A stretch of 63,796 bases of DNA, filler included, from Folioceros fuciformis (lineage: Eukaryota), in assembly GCA_049999805.1 (NCBI GenBank). It is 10 parts of 10 records of this genome, joined end to end, with 100 filler letters (N's around TTAATTAATTAA, not from the genome) between each part and the next. Parts side by side here need not be neighbours in the genome. Positions count along the whole stretch, not along the records: positions 20,710 to 35,303 come from JBNGIO010001497.1; positions 35,404 to 40,875 come from JBNGIO010001498.1; positions 40,976 to 42,893 come from JBNGIO010001499.1; positions 42,994 to 45,267 come from JBNGIO010001500.1; positions 45,368 to 46,804 come from JBNGIO010001501.1; positions 46,905 to 53,180 come from JBNGIO010001502.1; 4 more parts are not named here. One strand, 5' to 3'. Below the pieces are notes generated by a model. The model had not been told where the DNA came from. It worked only from the letters and a program-made list of their open reading frames with translations, and searched no databases. Shown in pieces: positions 34,606 to 47,559 of the stretch. The translations under genes and the position numbers were made by a program. Position 1 is the stretch's first letter, and every line of letters starts with the position of its first letter.

Positions 34606-37597
34606 GTCTTGTCAGAAACGAGTGCCACCGATTGTGGATAAACCCCTAAGCTAGAGAAGAATGGTCTCCATCTTGACCCAATAAAACACATCTCATAAGA
34701 CAAGCTTTTGTAGGGTTAAAGCAAATATAATCGACTTTAGCAAAAGGCAACCTAGACCTTTATTATACAACTTGGCTCCTCTTGCCAGATCTGCAAATGC
34801 TCTCTCTAAGTTGGCAAAGACAAGAGATAACCTCATATACGAAACTCGTAGGATAGTAGTGAGAGAAGAAGCTGCAGATCGCATACAGGCCTCCCAAAGA
34901 CTCTAATCCTTGTGGACTAGATCCATACATCTCCTCACTTGCGTAAGATTTGAACAATGTCCCACACACACAAGACACAAAGTGCTCTAGAGAATACCAT
35001 GCCATCCCGAAAGGGAAGGGAGAGAAGTAAAAGAAAAGAAAATAATAAAAATAAGAAAATAAAGAAAAAAAGCAAAGAAATGATTAAAGCAACCAGATTA
35101 AAAAAAGCAACAACAAAACCAAAACCCCAAACCCCACCCCATACCCCTTTCACCACACGGAAGCCCTTCTTTCTACCTCCTCTTAAATTTATTTTATATT
35201 GAAGTTGATTAAAACTAAAATAATAACAAAACCAAAACCTAACTCCATACCCCTTTACACCGCTGCCAAACGGTCCTTTCCCTGCCCTCAAGTTGGTTGA
35301 TATNNNNNNNNNNNNNNNNNNNNNNNNNNNNNNNNNNNNNNNNNNNNTTAATTAATTAANNNNNNNNNNNNNNNNNNNNNNNNNNNNNNNNNNNNNNNNN
35401 NNNGGGTGGGCCAAACCTAAGCATAGAAAGAGAAAAACCAAGGGTGGGCCAAACCTAAGCGAAACCCGCTCAAGAAGACCTAGGATAGATGAGTTAAAAA
35501 AAGGCTCTTAGTGCTTAACTATATTATTTTTCTAGGAGAGACTTAAACACCCTTTAACCCTAAAAAAAGGAACATCTTTTACCGGACGCACCTCACATTT
35601 GTGCATCCACGATTCCAGGCATCCCAGCATGACATGCGAAAATGGCGCAACACACCACGGCTTTCCCATTCACGTGTAGACACTCCCGCTCCCACTCCCA
35701 TAGCACGCCAACTGGGGCCCAACTTCGCACTTATTTTATCTCCCCACATGTAACCTGCGCGCTATTGAATACGTTCTCGGCACTCCAAGACCAATTCTAA
35801 TCCCTTGCCTGTGAATAACATGGTCAGTCAGGCTTGTCCTCCGCAGGCAAACGGCATGAAGTACAACATTCAGGACGGAACGAGTCACAAACAAAGTCGT
35901 CGGTGACGGTCTGGGTTACAAGGGTTTGGATCCCGACCTAGGGCTCAGGTTGGCCCTGGACGCTGGAGCTCTTTGCACTTGCTGCGCTGCCTCGGAAGCG
36001 AAGAAGGTTGGAAGCGCGGGCTGCGCAAATGAAGGTGCGCTCTGGTGTCATGTCGTCGCGGTGGGGTTGGAAAACACGCAACAGAGACAGGGAAGGCCTT
36101 GGTTGTACGCGAAGCTCATCCAATCCATGTGTTGCGGGAACTGCTCTTCTTTCAATCCCGGTTCGAGCCGCACGCAACCTGCACGCCTGTCCTCCTTTCA
36201 GAATTTGCAGAGGCGTCACTCGAAGAAGGGGGAGAAAATCGGGTGCGACGCCGTCGCGGATGAGGTAGAGGCGGAGGCGGCGGGATGTGGCTATGAGGGA
36301 CTGGATGTGGTCCAGGAGCAGGCCCTGGGGCATGAGCTCCGCGTTGCGAGTGTGCACTACGTCGTACCTACACGCAGAGTGGACCGTGCAGCTATGAAAG
36401 GTGAGGCCCCGAACTCGCGGTCGCGCGCCCTAGCTGGTGTAGGCGGGCGTGGATGGACTGGACTGCGTCCCGTACATCCGGTACAAGACCTTCCGGATGA
36501 TCCGAAGTAGAGACGGTGATACTACCAGGCACCTTCTGGAAGACAGGGACGTCCAAAGCCGCCCGGTTGAAGAAGAGTAGGATGTTGCGCTTGCCGGTGA
36601 ATTGAGCGCAATTCGCTGTGGACCAGCCCAGGTAGAGGAAGGAGGTGGTACTAATCTCTGTGTTTCGGCTCTTCGGAAGAACCAGACCTCGCCCCTGGCG
36701 GCGACAGTCAGGACGTGCTCACTCGTCTGCATCCCCAGCGACCACTCCATCGTTCTCGTGTTGCTGCATCGCTCTGGACGGAGCACGCAGAGAGAAAGGG
36801 CGTTTCCTTTCGGTGTGCAGATGTAGAGCAAGAGCTGGGCAGCGCCCGGCGCCTGCCCCTCCCGCCATCGGAGTGCGACTTCTCATGCTCTGCAGACCAC
36901 AGACATTTCGGTCATCATGGTGGCTCCGATGTATAGAGCTCCTTCATGGCGTGTCCCCCGTGCAACCGATTCCGCAGCTTAAATTGGGTTCGGACAGGAT
37001 CTCTGACTGTGATCTCGCTGTGTTTTCACCCCTCTTTTAGAATACCGATTCGAACAACGCCCACACGCTATGTTTGTTTTTCTGGAATACGTATTTTTTA
37101 CCACAGATTCCCCACCTGAACCTAGCCACGTCATGGATGTACCTCTACATCGTAGAGGGACCTACTGAACCTAGCCACATCACGGATGTACCGGTATGAG
37201 GACCTACCTCTACATTGTAGAGGGATTTTTTTTTTAATCACTGTAATATTTATTTTTTCAATACATATTTTATACAAAAATATACGATAGAATCTACAAA
37301 AATTCCCGTATTCAACATAGGGACGTCACGGGACCAACCTGTACACGAGAACTATCTATACACTGTAGAGGGACTTTTTTCTCAATGTAACGGGCATGTA
37401 GACTGATACGGACACGGTACTATGTTTTTTATTTGGGTTCATGCACCCTCATCATAAAAAATCAGGATGAAACATGTCGGGGGTTCGCTGGGGTTAGGGT
37501 TTAGTAGTGTTTTGGGGATGCACCGATTGACACCGCCATGAGATCCCTCACGACAAGCGAGAGACGGTTGCCTGCCACAGGCCGCACCTCGCTGTGG

Positions 37598-38110
37598 ACG
37601 CACAGGTGTGTCATCCTTCTCCTTTCCAGAGGAACACACCTTAGAGTAGGAGAGCTCGCACTGCCGCTTCCGCACCCTCCTCGTTGGCGGGATGTTGAAC
37701 CTAGAACTCCAATTCGCATCACCACCCCGCCGGCCATCTTACTCTACACCATCGGCTTTGTGCCCTATGACCGAAGTGGGCACAGTCACGTATGTTCGCC
37801 CTCAGCTTGCGCAAATTACTTTCTAGCAACTCCACCAACCCTAGGCTATAGTGCAAAGCATGCACTACATTCGCTAGGGTGTCCACGACATTGCCGCCGC
37901 TGCTGCCTCCTTCTGTTGTGCGTCGCCCTTGTCTGCTATGAGCGGCACCTTCCGTGTATGCACAAGTGTATCATCCTCCTCCTCTCCAAAGGAGCACAAC
38001 TTAGAGTAGGAGAGCTCGCGCCGCTGCTTCCGCACCCTCCTCATTGGCACGATGCTAGACCTGGAACTTGGATCTGCATCACCACCCCGCCAGTCGTCCT
38101 ACCCTGCACC
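37598..38110. repeat. Dispersed ~150-bp imperfect duplication (~37598-37750 and ~37958-38110)
   Basis: Both copies contain TTAGAGTAGGAGAGCTCGC...CTTCCGCACCCTCCTC...GCATCACCACCCCGC. Confidence 0.8.
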
Positions 38111-38748
38111 ATTGCTTGGGGTCCCCTGAGGACCTCCTCCGCTAGCTGCTGTGTGTCTCGCAATACTCGCCTCCACCGCATCAAGCTCCATTTGCAAAAC
38201 ACGGCGTTCTTCCCCTCCACAACTAGGTCTGGCGAGCTTTCTACTCAATTGCTGCTTTCAAATCCCATCAAGGTACCTCCACCACTGGAATTAGCCATTT
38301 TCACCGTACGCGGCCTTCCGCAATCTGTCCCGGACAACCCAATTCCAAGTTCCTGCTACAATCTTCGCCATCACTTGTGGGCTTGGGTCTCCATCCACCA
38401 TAGCCTCATCTTCCACTTGAGCGTGGTTGGGTGCACCAAGCTCTGCACCCCGCCCACCCATGCTTAGAGTTGCGTCCTTCTTTCCCCCAGCACCTGCCTC
38501 CTCTTGTAGGGGGGGAACATGTCCTTCCCCCATTGCCTCTCCCGCAGGCAGGTATGCAGGTGCGCCGCCATTCCCTTGAGACAGCATAATGGCAAGGCTG
38601 CCGGCATTGTCAGCATCGGCCACAGCCTTGCCATGACCTGCAGCAGCGCTGACGGCCTTGAGGTTGCCCCCCGCCCTTCCCGCTGCAATCTCTGCCATCC
38701 TCTCCTTCAAGCCACCGCGGTCTCCTTCACACGGCCGCCGCTTGCTCT

Positions 38749-38872
38749 CTTGGCTTGCACCAAACAGGCCCGCTTGCCTGCTCCCTTGGCCTGCACCAAA
38801 CAAGCCCACTCGCCTGCTCCCTTGGCCTGCACCAAACAGGCTTGCTCGCCTACTCCCTTAGCCTGCACCAAA
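38749..38872. repeat. 36-bp tandem repeat, about 3.5 copies
   Basis: Variants of CTTGGCCTGCACCAAACAGGCCCGCTTGCCTGCTCC. Confidence 0.85.
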
Positions 38873-39412
38873 GACACCCGCTCCCTTGATTTTTGCCCCA
38901 CACCCTCCCAAGCACGCACACCTAGCCATGCTGCCCTTCAAAAATGAATGTTGCGCTCCTACTCCAGTTTGAGGGGCCGTCAATCTCACTGATGACCTGG
39001 CTATACGCTATTGACTTCTGTACTGCATGTACGCTGTGCCCACACGAACTCGTGGGCTTTGCACCCTTTGCAATTCCTACTGCACGGTGCCCACTGCATG
39101 CACCTCTCACTACAGACAACTGCAAGCTTGCCACCCAAATGCCACCCCTGCATCCACATCCATACAAATGGTGATCCATCCTGCATGCGACAATTGCATT
39201 TTCAGCCCACCATTTTCCTGTCTCCTGGAAATGTGCACCATTCATCTGGTACTCTTCCAACCTCATTTGGGGCATTGCATTGCAACTCTGTAGTGGAACC
39301 CATTGATTTTTGAAGGGTCACACTTCTGTATGGCCAACCTCCATCCTGCACATCTCACCACCCCTCCACAACCTCCCCCTCTTGCTATTCGTTTGGGAAA
39401 TCCTCCCATCTA

Positions 39413-39684
39413 TGTAGGGTTATTAAAGCCCAATGTTCTTAGACTAATGTGTTTAGTCTAAGATAAGTGTCTAGTTAAGTATCATTTGTTTAGATTAGCT
39501 TAAGCTAATATGCAGGAAGCTTCTTGCGCAGCTTCCTGTGCGCTTCTTGTGAAGCTTCCTTGGGAGCTCTTCTAGAGGGTATAAATACCCCTTTGAGCTC
39601 TCTTGCAAGAGAGACATTATGAGAGTGTGAGACCTCTCTTTCTCCTCTCCTCCTTCACCATGTGGCTCCTCTAGCGATCCTTTA
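39413..39684 (+). mobile_element. Solo LTR of the Copia family seen at 171-465, with 5-bp TSD ATCTA
   Basis: TGTAGGG...CCTTTA, flanked on both sides by ATCTA (39408-39412 and 39685-39689); contains TATAAATA. Confidence 0.92.
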
Positions 39685-40446
39685 ATCTAGGCGTACACCA
39701 TACCTTCACTCACGGCTGCCTCATAGCTTTTGGTTTACCCGTGCACGTTACTCACATCATTCCATATGGGCACCTCCTGCCTGCCTTCCCAACCCTTTCA
39801 CCCACTTCCAACCTTCACTCCCCTCACAAAGCTTGTGGGTACTTGTATGCAGCGACAGCAATGGTCAAGAGAAATGTAATTGCCACAATCGTGGAGGGTG
39901 GGATGGTAGACACGACAACCAGGATGCAGACCACAATAGCACCCGCAAACATAACCCATTTCCTATTCCAATTGCAAGGTGGCTGGCATGCCCAAAGGTT
40001 TGGCATGTGAGTCGAGTGCACTAGTCAATCGGCAAACTTTCTGTACGAGTGGGCAGGTCCTCCGGCGCACTCTTTGTCGGTGTACGCAAGTCTACCGGCA
40101 CACTCTATGTACGTGTGCCACACGAACCCTAAAAAATAAAGGGTTGTGTTCACATTGGTTCACATGCCCCATTTAGTGAGGAAAAGAAAGTATGTCTACA
40201 CATTGAGGTGGGCCAATGATCTGGTAATGTAGAGTACACGAATATGTGGTAGATTCTCATATGCAATACGTATCATAGAAAAGAAAATGAGTGTGTGTCG
40301 TGTGTTCATATTGGTATTTCATAAGAAAATAATCTAAAGTGCTAGAATTTAAAATTATTCTATAATAAAGGTTTTAATTTAAGAAAATGTTATCCCCAAT
40401 TTGAATCTATTAAAGTTTTCTGTCATACCTATGTCTTCTGATGATC

Positions 40447-40653
40447 ACATATTCCATGTCTTGTTAGGATCACATATTCCATATCATAATGGTAGAATAT
40501 ATACGCATACGTACATATTGGTTAACCTACACTCGCTTAGGTTATTGTTTCATATTCCATGTCTTGTTAGGATCACATATTCCATATCATAATGTTAGAA
40601 TATATACGCATACCTACATATTGTTTAACCTACACTTGCTTAGGTTATTGTTT
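40447..40653. repeat. ~104-bp tandem duplication
   Basis: CATATTCCATGTCTTGTTAGGATCAC...GCTTAGGTTATTGTTT x2 with few mismatches. Confidence 0.88.
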
Positions 40654-42027
40654 ATAGACCGTATGTGATCATTGGACATTTGACCGTTCATGATTAGGTT
40701 TAGATATAAAAGACATATGAGACCCTTGTTGTTAATTAATTCAATCATTTTTTGTTCTGCTCTCGTGTGGAATGCAGGTTTTTGGCAATTACCCATAGTA
40801 GGTAGGGAGTGGCTAATAACATTTTCAGTTTTGTTTGGTCTTGGTTTGGTAGGTTAGATGAGTGGCGATAATAAGNNNNNNNNNNNNNNNNNNNNNNNNN
40901 NNNNNNNNNNNNNNNNNNNTTAATTAATTAANNNNNNNNNNNNNNNNNNNNNNNNNNNNNNNNNNNNNNNNNNNNACACTGACATACCCAGATACCCGTT
41001 CCTATGTTCAAACCATTATTATATTATTTTAATATCATTATATTATTATTATTTAATCATTTAATATTATATATCTTTAATTAATATTAAACTAATCACC
41101 CAACCCTATGGCCTAGTACCGAACCTAAACCTTCCCAGCTCTGGGACCAAACCTATACCCACTCTTATAACCAAACCCACTATTTCCTGGTCAATTAATC
41201 CAATTAGCACAAAGAAAAATAGAAAAAATGACCAGAAAATAAAGGAAGATTAGGAAAAATAAGTTGAAAAAGAAAACCAAACCATACCACTATTAACCCT
41301 TTTTCAACCAAAACAAACTACTACCCCAAACTTTGGAGGTTCACACTATGGAAACTTCTGTACTTTCATATCACTCATCTTTCTACTAACAAACCCTTGA
41401 AGTTAACAATGATGTGCTCACAAATTTTATCACATAATGAGTTTATTAAACTTCTATATGATTTGGTCTCATTCTAAATGGCGTATTTAATCTTCAAAGT
41501 TGTTTGCTTTAATTCTACATAAAGTTCTTGAACTTTAATGTTGTTTGTTCTTATTTCATCTTTGTAGGCCAATAAATTAAAGTATAAATGTTCAAAATAT
41601 GACTTGAAATAAAGTGAATAAGTATTATCTACATATATATGTGATTGATTTAGTCAAAGTATTAATTAGTATCCTTGTAGAAATAAATTATGCCGTAAAG
41701 TTTGGATACTTCTTCACTCAATACTCTCACTTAGGGTCAAACTATAAACTTTAGACTAACTCTCTAGTTATGTTAGGTGTTATTGGTTATTCTTTAAAAT
41801 CTTCTCAAACCCATGGATAAATATTATTGTTAATATATATCTAAATTGAGTGTCTTGGTAAGAACATCAACTTGTCATTTGCTTCTAGGTCAATATAAGC
41901 CCTCAAATTTCTCATCTTTGATCACTATTAAAACAATGGAATTGTACTGCGATATACTTTGACTACCTTTCTAATAAAATGGAATCACCCCTTGATATAC
42001 TTAGTGCATGCATAGAATTTAGGACTA

Positions 42028-42106
42028 TATGTGAGCAAAAGGGTTTAGGGTTTATGGTTGTATGTGAGGAAAAGGGTTTAGGATTTATGGTTGTATGTGA
42101 GCAAAA
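42028..42106. repeat. 33-bp tandem repeat containing a TTTAGGG telo-box
   Basis: TATGTGAGCAAAAGGGTTTAGGGTTTATGGTTG x ~2.4. Confidence 0.75.
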
Positions 42107-43125
42107 TGACTTTTAATGTGTTTGAATAGAGGAGTCTTAGAATTTGTTCTATTTCTCCTCATACAAAAAGTTGGGGAAGTTATTATGGATTCTCGTAAGA
42201 AATGTGAATAACATTTTACCTCTCCACTAATTAATTGAAGAGAGCTTTATTAAGCAATGACTTGTTATCTCTTGGAGCCTCAACTGATCATTGTTTTTCT
42301 TACTGTGGAATTGCATGTTTCGATATTTAACCCTAATATACATTATATACTACCTATATTGCTAAGCCAATCAGCATCACTAAATCTTTGAGGCAATAAA
42401 GATGGAAGCAAGATAAGCAAAGCTACATAAAGATCAAAATAAAACAATTCTAACATTGTCACAAAATCTAACGAGCTGAGTCGAGAGTAGACAATTGATG
42501 AACTTATTAGTAGTATCTTATGCACAAAATGTGTTATAATCCCTTGAGTGTGGAAACTCTAATTGTAATTTACTAATAATTCTTCGTAGTTTAATCGCTA
42601 TCTAGTTGGGCTTGTAAATAAATATGTATAAATATATCTTAATATAAAAAGATATGAACAATTACACAAAAGAGGGCCTCATATTTCTCATATATCACCT
42701 TTAGAAAATTGTTAGTCAAAAGACTAGCCACATTTTCAAAATTGTCAACATAATCTACCTTTATATAAGTCTTTCCACTCTACTACTTATAGGAGAAAAT
42801 GATGATAAATCTTTATGGACTTGTTTTCCAATATAAAAATTTGGATTCTTCGATAAAGTAATCGTTGATTTGTTATAACACTCAAGCTAAATTNNNNNNN
42901 NNNNNNNNNNNNNNNNNNNNNNNNNNNNNNNNNNNNNTTAATTAATTAANNNNNNNNNNNNNNNNNNNNNNNNNNNNNNNNNNNNNNNNNNNNGCTTTAA
43001 CTACGCACACCTACCAAGAGGCTAAGACCTACCAATAGTTGCTAAGGCAGTGCGCGCCGATGAAGATTAGGACTGTCGGTGCCGCCATAGAAGATTCGTT
43101 GACCCCCTTTTTCAAAAAGGTATGG

Positions 43126-45267
43126 CTAGGATGGCTCTTGAAGGGAGGCAGAGTCTGAAGGTTGAGCCACTAAGCCCCCCTCCATTATTGGGATTCGTCT
43201 TCTTTTGGATCCACAAGCTTCCACCGTACCTTCCTCTGTGTGGATCTCTTGGGCTATCCCCTCACCACCACCTACAAGTTTGGTAGGGGAGGGTTCCTCT
43301 TGTTCCTCAACTTGAGGCTCCTTCCCTACGTAGGGTGGGAATGTTCCCTTCGTAGGTAGGGTACCTATCATTCCTACCCCTCCTCTCGTAGGTAGGTTTC
43401 CTACGGGAGTAGGTACCCCTTGTTGCGTGCTCTTCCTAGTCCATAGCAACTCCTCAGGTTCCCATTGCGAGCTCTCCAGGTCCATACTGCTATCCTCTTG
43501 AAAGTCTGTTGGTAGAGGCACTGTCTCCAGGGCCTCACGGTCGTCATGATGTGACCCAAGATACCTTCGCCTTGCCAATGCTGCCAGTTCCTTGTGATGA
43601 GCGAGTAGACGTTGGTGTAGGTGGAGGTTGCGATTCTGTTGAGCTAGATCTATGGTATCCATGTCAACAACCCAATCCCCACCCTCGCATCTACTCTTGT
43701 AGATATCCCGTTCAGCCTCCATCGCCCCTACCATCAACTATAGGTCAAGGTTTTCTTGATGAGTTGCATGAAGCTTGGTCATGCACCCCGTCAAGTAGGC
43801 ATAGTCAGCACGAAACCCACGAGCTCGATCCACCAGCATCCTGTGAATCTTGGTCTGATGCTCAGCTTCTTGTTGTGCTTTCTCCTGCTGAAGGTCTTCT
43901 AATTGGATGGTCAATTGTTCCCTCTTCACTCACTCTCGTTGCCCTGCTTCAAGTCGTTGCTGGAGTTCCTGGTTCACTTTAGCATTTTGTGCCTCCAACT
44001 CATCTAGCTTGCCTTGTAAATCCTTTGCAACGTAGACTTATTCCCGTAGCTGTTCCTCCACCACCTTCCTAGTTTCCTCAGACTGAGCGAGGTCCCTTCG
44101 ACATGCAATGATCTCATGTGATAAACCTTGTTGGGAAGTTTGCAACGTGGTCACCTGCTGGGTCAACTTCTCTTGTCCTTGCCTTTGCTCACCATCCTTG
44201 AGGAGATACTGTTCTCGCTTCTTTTCCAATTCCTACACTTTGGATTCTAGTCGTGTCTGGTTTGCATCTCGACTTATGTCCTCCTGTAGTAGGGTTGCAA
44301 TCATTGCACGGGCCTCTCCCCAATTGATGTGTTGTAGCTGTTGGCCACACTGAATGATGTTGCTCCACACTCCCAACGAAGTATCGTTACCTTGGCTTGT
44401 GGCGTATGCTCCTCGGGCTGCTTCCCAATTCACTGGGCTCCTTCTCCCCAAATTTGGTGCTCCACTATATGCTTGCACTACTGGTGTCATCGCCAAATCC
44501 CCTACCTGGTACCCTACCTCAACTATTGGCTGGCTTGGTCCAGGATCCCTCACTGTCTCCATCTCAGTTGGGGCAGAATTTAGGGCTGCGAGGGTGGTGA
44601 CTGAAGGTAGCCTTCGATCCCTTTGCTGCTCCCTAGGTCTCCGTATCAACGGGGTGTCATCTTCATCAGACTCATCATAGGCTGCCATGGCTGATTCGGA
44701 ATCAAGTGGGGACTCCTCATCCGTAAGAGGGGTCGACACTCCACCGGAAATAAAAGCCTGCCCCTGCAACGGGACAACTACAAAAGGTTGTTCTGCCTCC
44801 TCCAACTCCTCTTGTGTTAACAACACTTTTGTCTTCCATAAGTGCACCAAGTAAGTCGAGAGGTAGCAAGGACGTGCACTCCCCCCCTCCCTACCGTTCG
44901 GCTTGAGCAACTTCTCCCTGTGGTAGGTATACGCCTCATACATAATTAACCCCCAGTGTGGCTTTGCTCCTTGAGTCACTCTCCAAAGGAAGTGGAGGAA
45001 AGCATTGCTGAAATATGAGGTGCGTCGATAGTTCACCAATCCAAAAACCACCACCGCCATTTGAGCTCCTTGATCCTCTCAGTCCTCCACCCGTTCTTGG
45101 TTCTTGCTAGCTCTCCTCCCAACAGCAATTCTAGTGCCCCAGATAGTAGGGTGGTGCTGGGTGACCTCCGCCCATCTATGGTTTTATCCAGGATCCCAAT
45201 ACCATCGCTCTCCTCTTCCGACCTACCATACACCTATCGGATGCTCCGGACAGTCCAACACCGAGGG
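43126..45267 (-). pseudogene. Long broken ORF with a coiled-coil C-terminal half, probably an LTR-retrotransposon extra ORF
   Basis: Consecutive same-strand ORFs (45033-45233, 44233-45060, 44038-44229, 43738-43929, 43126-43737) split by stops, with no introns and heptad-rich E/Q/L segments; similar to 1665-1910. Confidence 0.5.
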
Positions 45268-45367
45268 NNNNNNNNNNNNNNNNNNNNNNNNNNNNNNNNN
45301 NNNNNNNNNNNTTAATTAATTAANNNNNNNNNNNNNNNNNNNNNNNNNNNNNNNNNNNNNNNNNNNN

Positions 45368-45689
45368 ATGTTAATAAGGCTAAGCTTAATTTGATGTCTC
45401 ACTCAAACTGCTATTGTGAGAAACTACCTCCTTGCTTCAAGCACCTTGCATCCTGTAGTGCGTGTATCTTGTCAAAGCAGAAGGAGCTTCCCTTTAAGAA
45501 TCACTTGGCTACTCGAGCTAAAGCAATTTTGGAGTTGATACATGCTGATTTAGCGGGAAAGCTTCCAATGAAATCACTTGGTGGGTCTGAATATTATCTC
45601 TCTCTTACCCATGATTTTTCACGCTATACATGAACTTTTCCTTTGCAGTTGAAGAGTGATGTTTTTGAGCATATTTCCTCTTGGATTCC
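45368..45689 (+). mobile_element. Copia integrase fragment interrupted by an LTR insertion
   Basis: CSACILSKQKELPF...LELIHADLAGK...DFSRYT. Confidence 0.88.
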
Positions 45690-46804
45690 TGTGGAGGCAA
45701 AACCCCGGGCACTGATTGCCAATGGGTTCCACCTTTAGTGGCCACACTTATCCCACTGTCGTTGAGACATTGGGTTTCGTTCCCACGAAGGAGCGATGGG
45801 GTTCCTTGCTGCTGTGAATGGAGGGTCGGACTTGATCGACTCGATGATGGATTCGAGGGCTCCCCTCCAGCTCCGATCAGGCGTAGGACAGGCCTCGCTG
45901 TCCGGTGGTCAGCTGCACCTCTCTCGGTGCCCACAAACTCACTCCAGTCACTACAACGACTCTAACCTCTCAGATCTGCGACTTCCCTCACACACTTCAC
46001 TCACTCTCTCGCTCCAGCACCAACACCAACAACTACCAGCAACCAGCAACGACAACACTACCTTCTACACTTCCCTACGGACTCCTCCTACCCGGCAAGA
46101 CTCACTAGACTAACCCCAAACAAAAGGAAGAGGGGAACACACTCCCCTCTTGGGTATCTCCTCCCCACAACCTTACCAGACGCCATGAGACATGGCCGGC
46201 CTACAGCACTTGACCAAGCAAGGAACAAGAGTGGACAGGTTGAGAGAAAGACACACCCTTTACAATCAAGAGCTAGGGGCAAGCCCCTTCACCCTGGTCA
46301 TTACACCTTGTGATCCTACCAGACACTATACAATCGGCAACACGCTGCCCGCGATCCTACCAGACACTGTACAGCCGGCAACACGCTGCCTGCGATCCTA
46401 CCAGACACTGTACAGCCGGCAACACACGGCTTGCGATCCTACCAGACGTTGCACAGCCGGCAACACACTGCAAGTCCTAAACCAAGTAGGGGCAGACCAC
46501 AAGAGCTCAGGAAGAGAGGACCTCCAAGAGCTCACTAAGAGATAGACTAACTCCCAAAGTGAATGACTCCCTCCTCCTACAGGCTCACCTGATCTTATAG
46601 GAGCCTCTCTCTCTCTCTGACTTCACCTCTCTCTAACTTGAGAAATATTATTTTAATAGCCTAGCCGGCTGTCACCAACCACTTATTTAGACTTCTAGCA
46701 CAACCTGCCACCAATGAGCTCCTGGCCCTACCACCACAAGGATCTACCACCTCTTAGACTATCCAGAGACTTCGGAGGATGTCTGATCTTCAAAGGTCTG
46801 CGGA
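45690..46804. mobile_element. Long LTR, copy 2 (four internal 41-bp units), truncated by a gap
   Basis: Near-identical to 19501-20609; starts TGTGGAGGC at the point where the integrase frame is cut. Confidence 0.82.
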
Positions 46805-46904
46805 NNNNNNNNNNNNNNNNNNNNNNNNNNNNNNNNNNNNNNNNNNNNTTAATTAATTAANNNNNNNNNNNNNNNNNNNNNNNNNNNNNNNNNNNNNNNN
46901 NNNN

Positions 46905-47500
46905 GCAAGGTTGTGTCAATAGAACACATCTCTACAGAGCTTAATCCCGCAGACCTCCTCACTAAGGGTCTCCCTACTCTTAAGCACAACTTTCATACTG
47001 AAGCTCTTGGCTTAGTGGATTACAACTCCTATTTTCAGAATTCATCCGCAGCAGATGGCTAGCTAGCAGTCCCTTAGTACAGGCAGGTGGATGAAGCTCG
47101 ACGCCCCATCCAATCACCTGGCTTCACTCAATCCGGCAACGGGATTTTGGCTATTGCTCTTCTGCACCGACAGGCTCTGGAGGAGGCATCCTCACGTCCA
47201 GCTCTTTCCGCTAGTGGCGCAACAGTAGGATGACTGCCATAGCTCCCCGTTTCTTTCGCGTTCGCTCTCCGTTCGCAGCCCGTTGCTAATTTAACCCCTC
47301 TTGTGGTTAAGGGGGTGTGTTGGAATAACTTAGGGTTATTTATATAACCACTCTTAGGGTTAAATAGCTAGGGTTACCGAAAGGTCACTTAGAGAACAAG
47401 ACATATGTATATAACACATTCTCTTTGACCAATGTTATTAATCGTTGTTTTGCTTTCCATGTTTTCCTAGTCTGCTGTCCCAGCAACTCCAAGCAAACTG
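46905..47500 (+). mobile_element. Copia 3' end: RNase H tail, 3' UTR, PPT (47309-47317) and 3' LTR from 47318 (end uncertain)
   Basis: IEHISTELNPADLLTKGLP; AAGGGGGTG followed by TGTTGG. Confidence 0.8.
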
Positions 47501-47559
47501 ACAAAGAGGAAATTGAAGCGGCATAAGGAGATGATGATGCGCTGCAAGTAATACTCACG

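Noticed and set aside
37538-38947. 309-aa and 172-aa ORFs in a GC-rich region
   Set aside because: Built from local duplications, with no recognisable domain or consistent strand
40976-42893. AT-rich contig with faint Copia RT/RNase H-like traces
   Set aside because: Too degenerate to delimit or support
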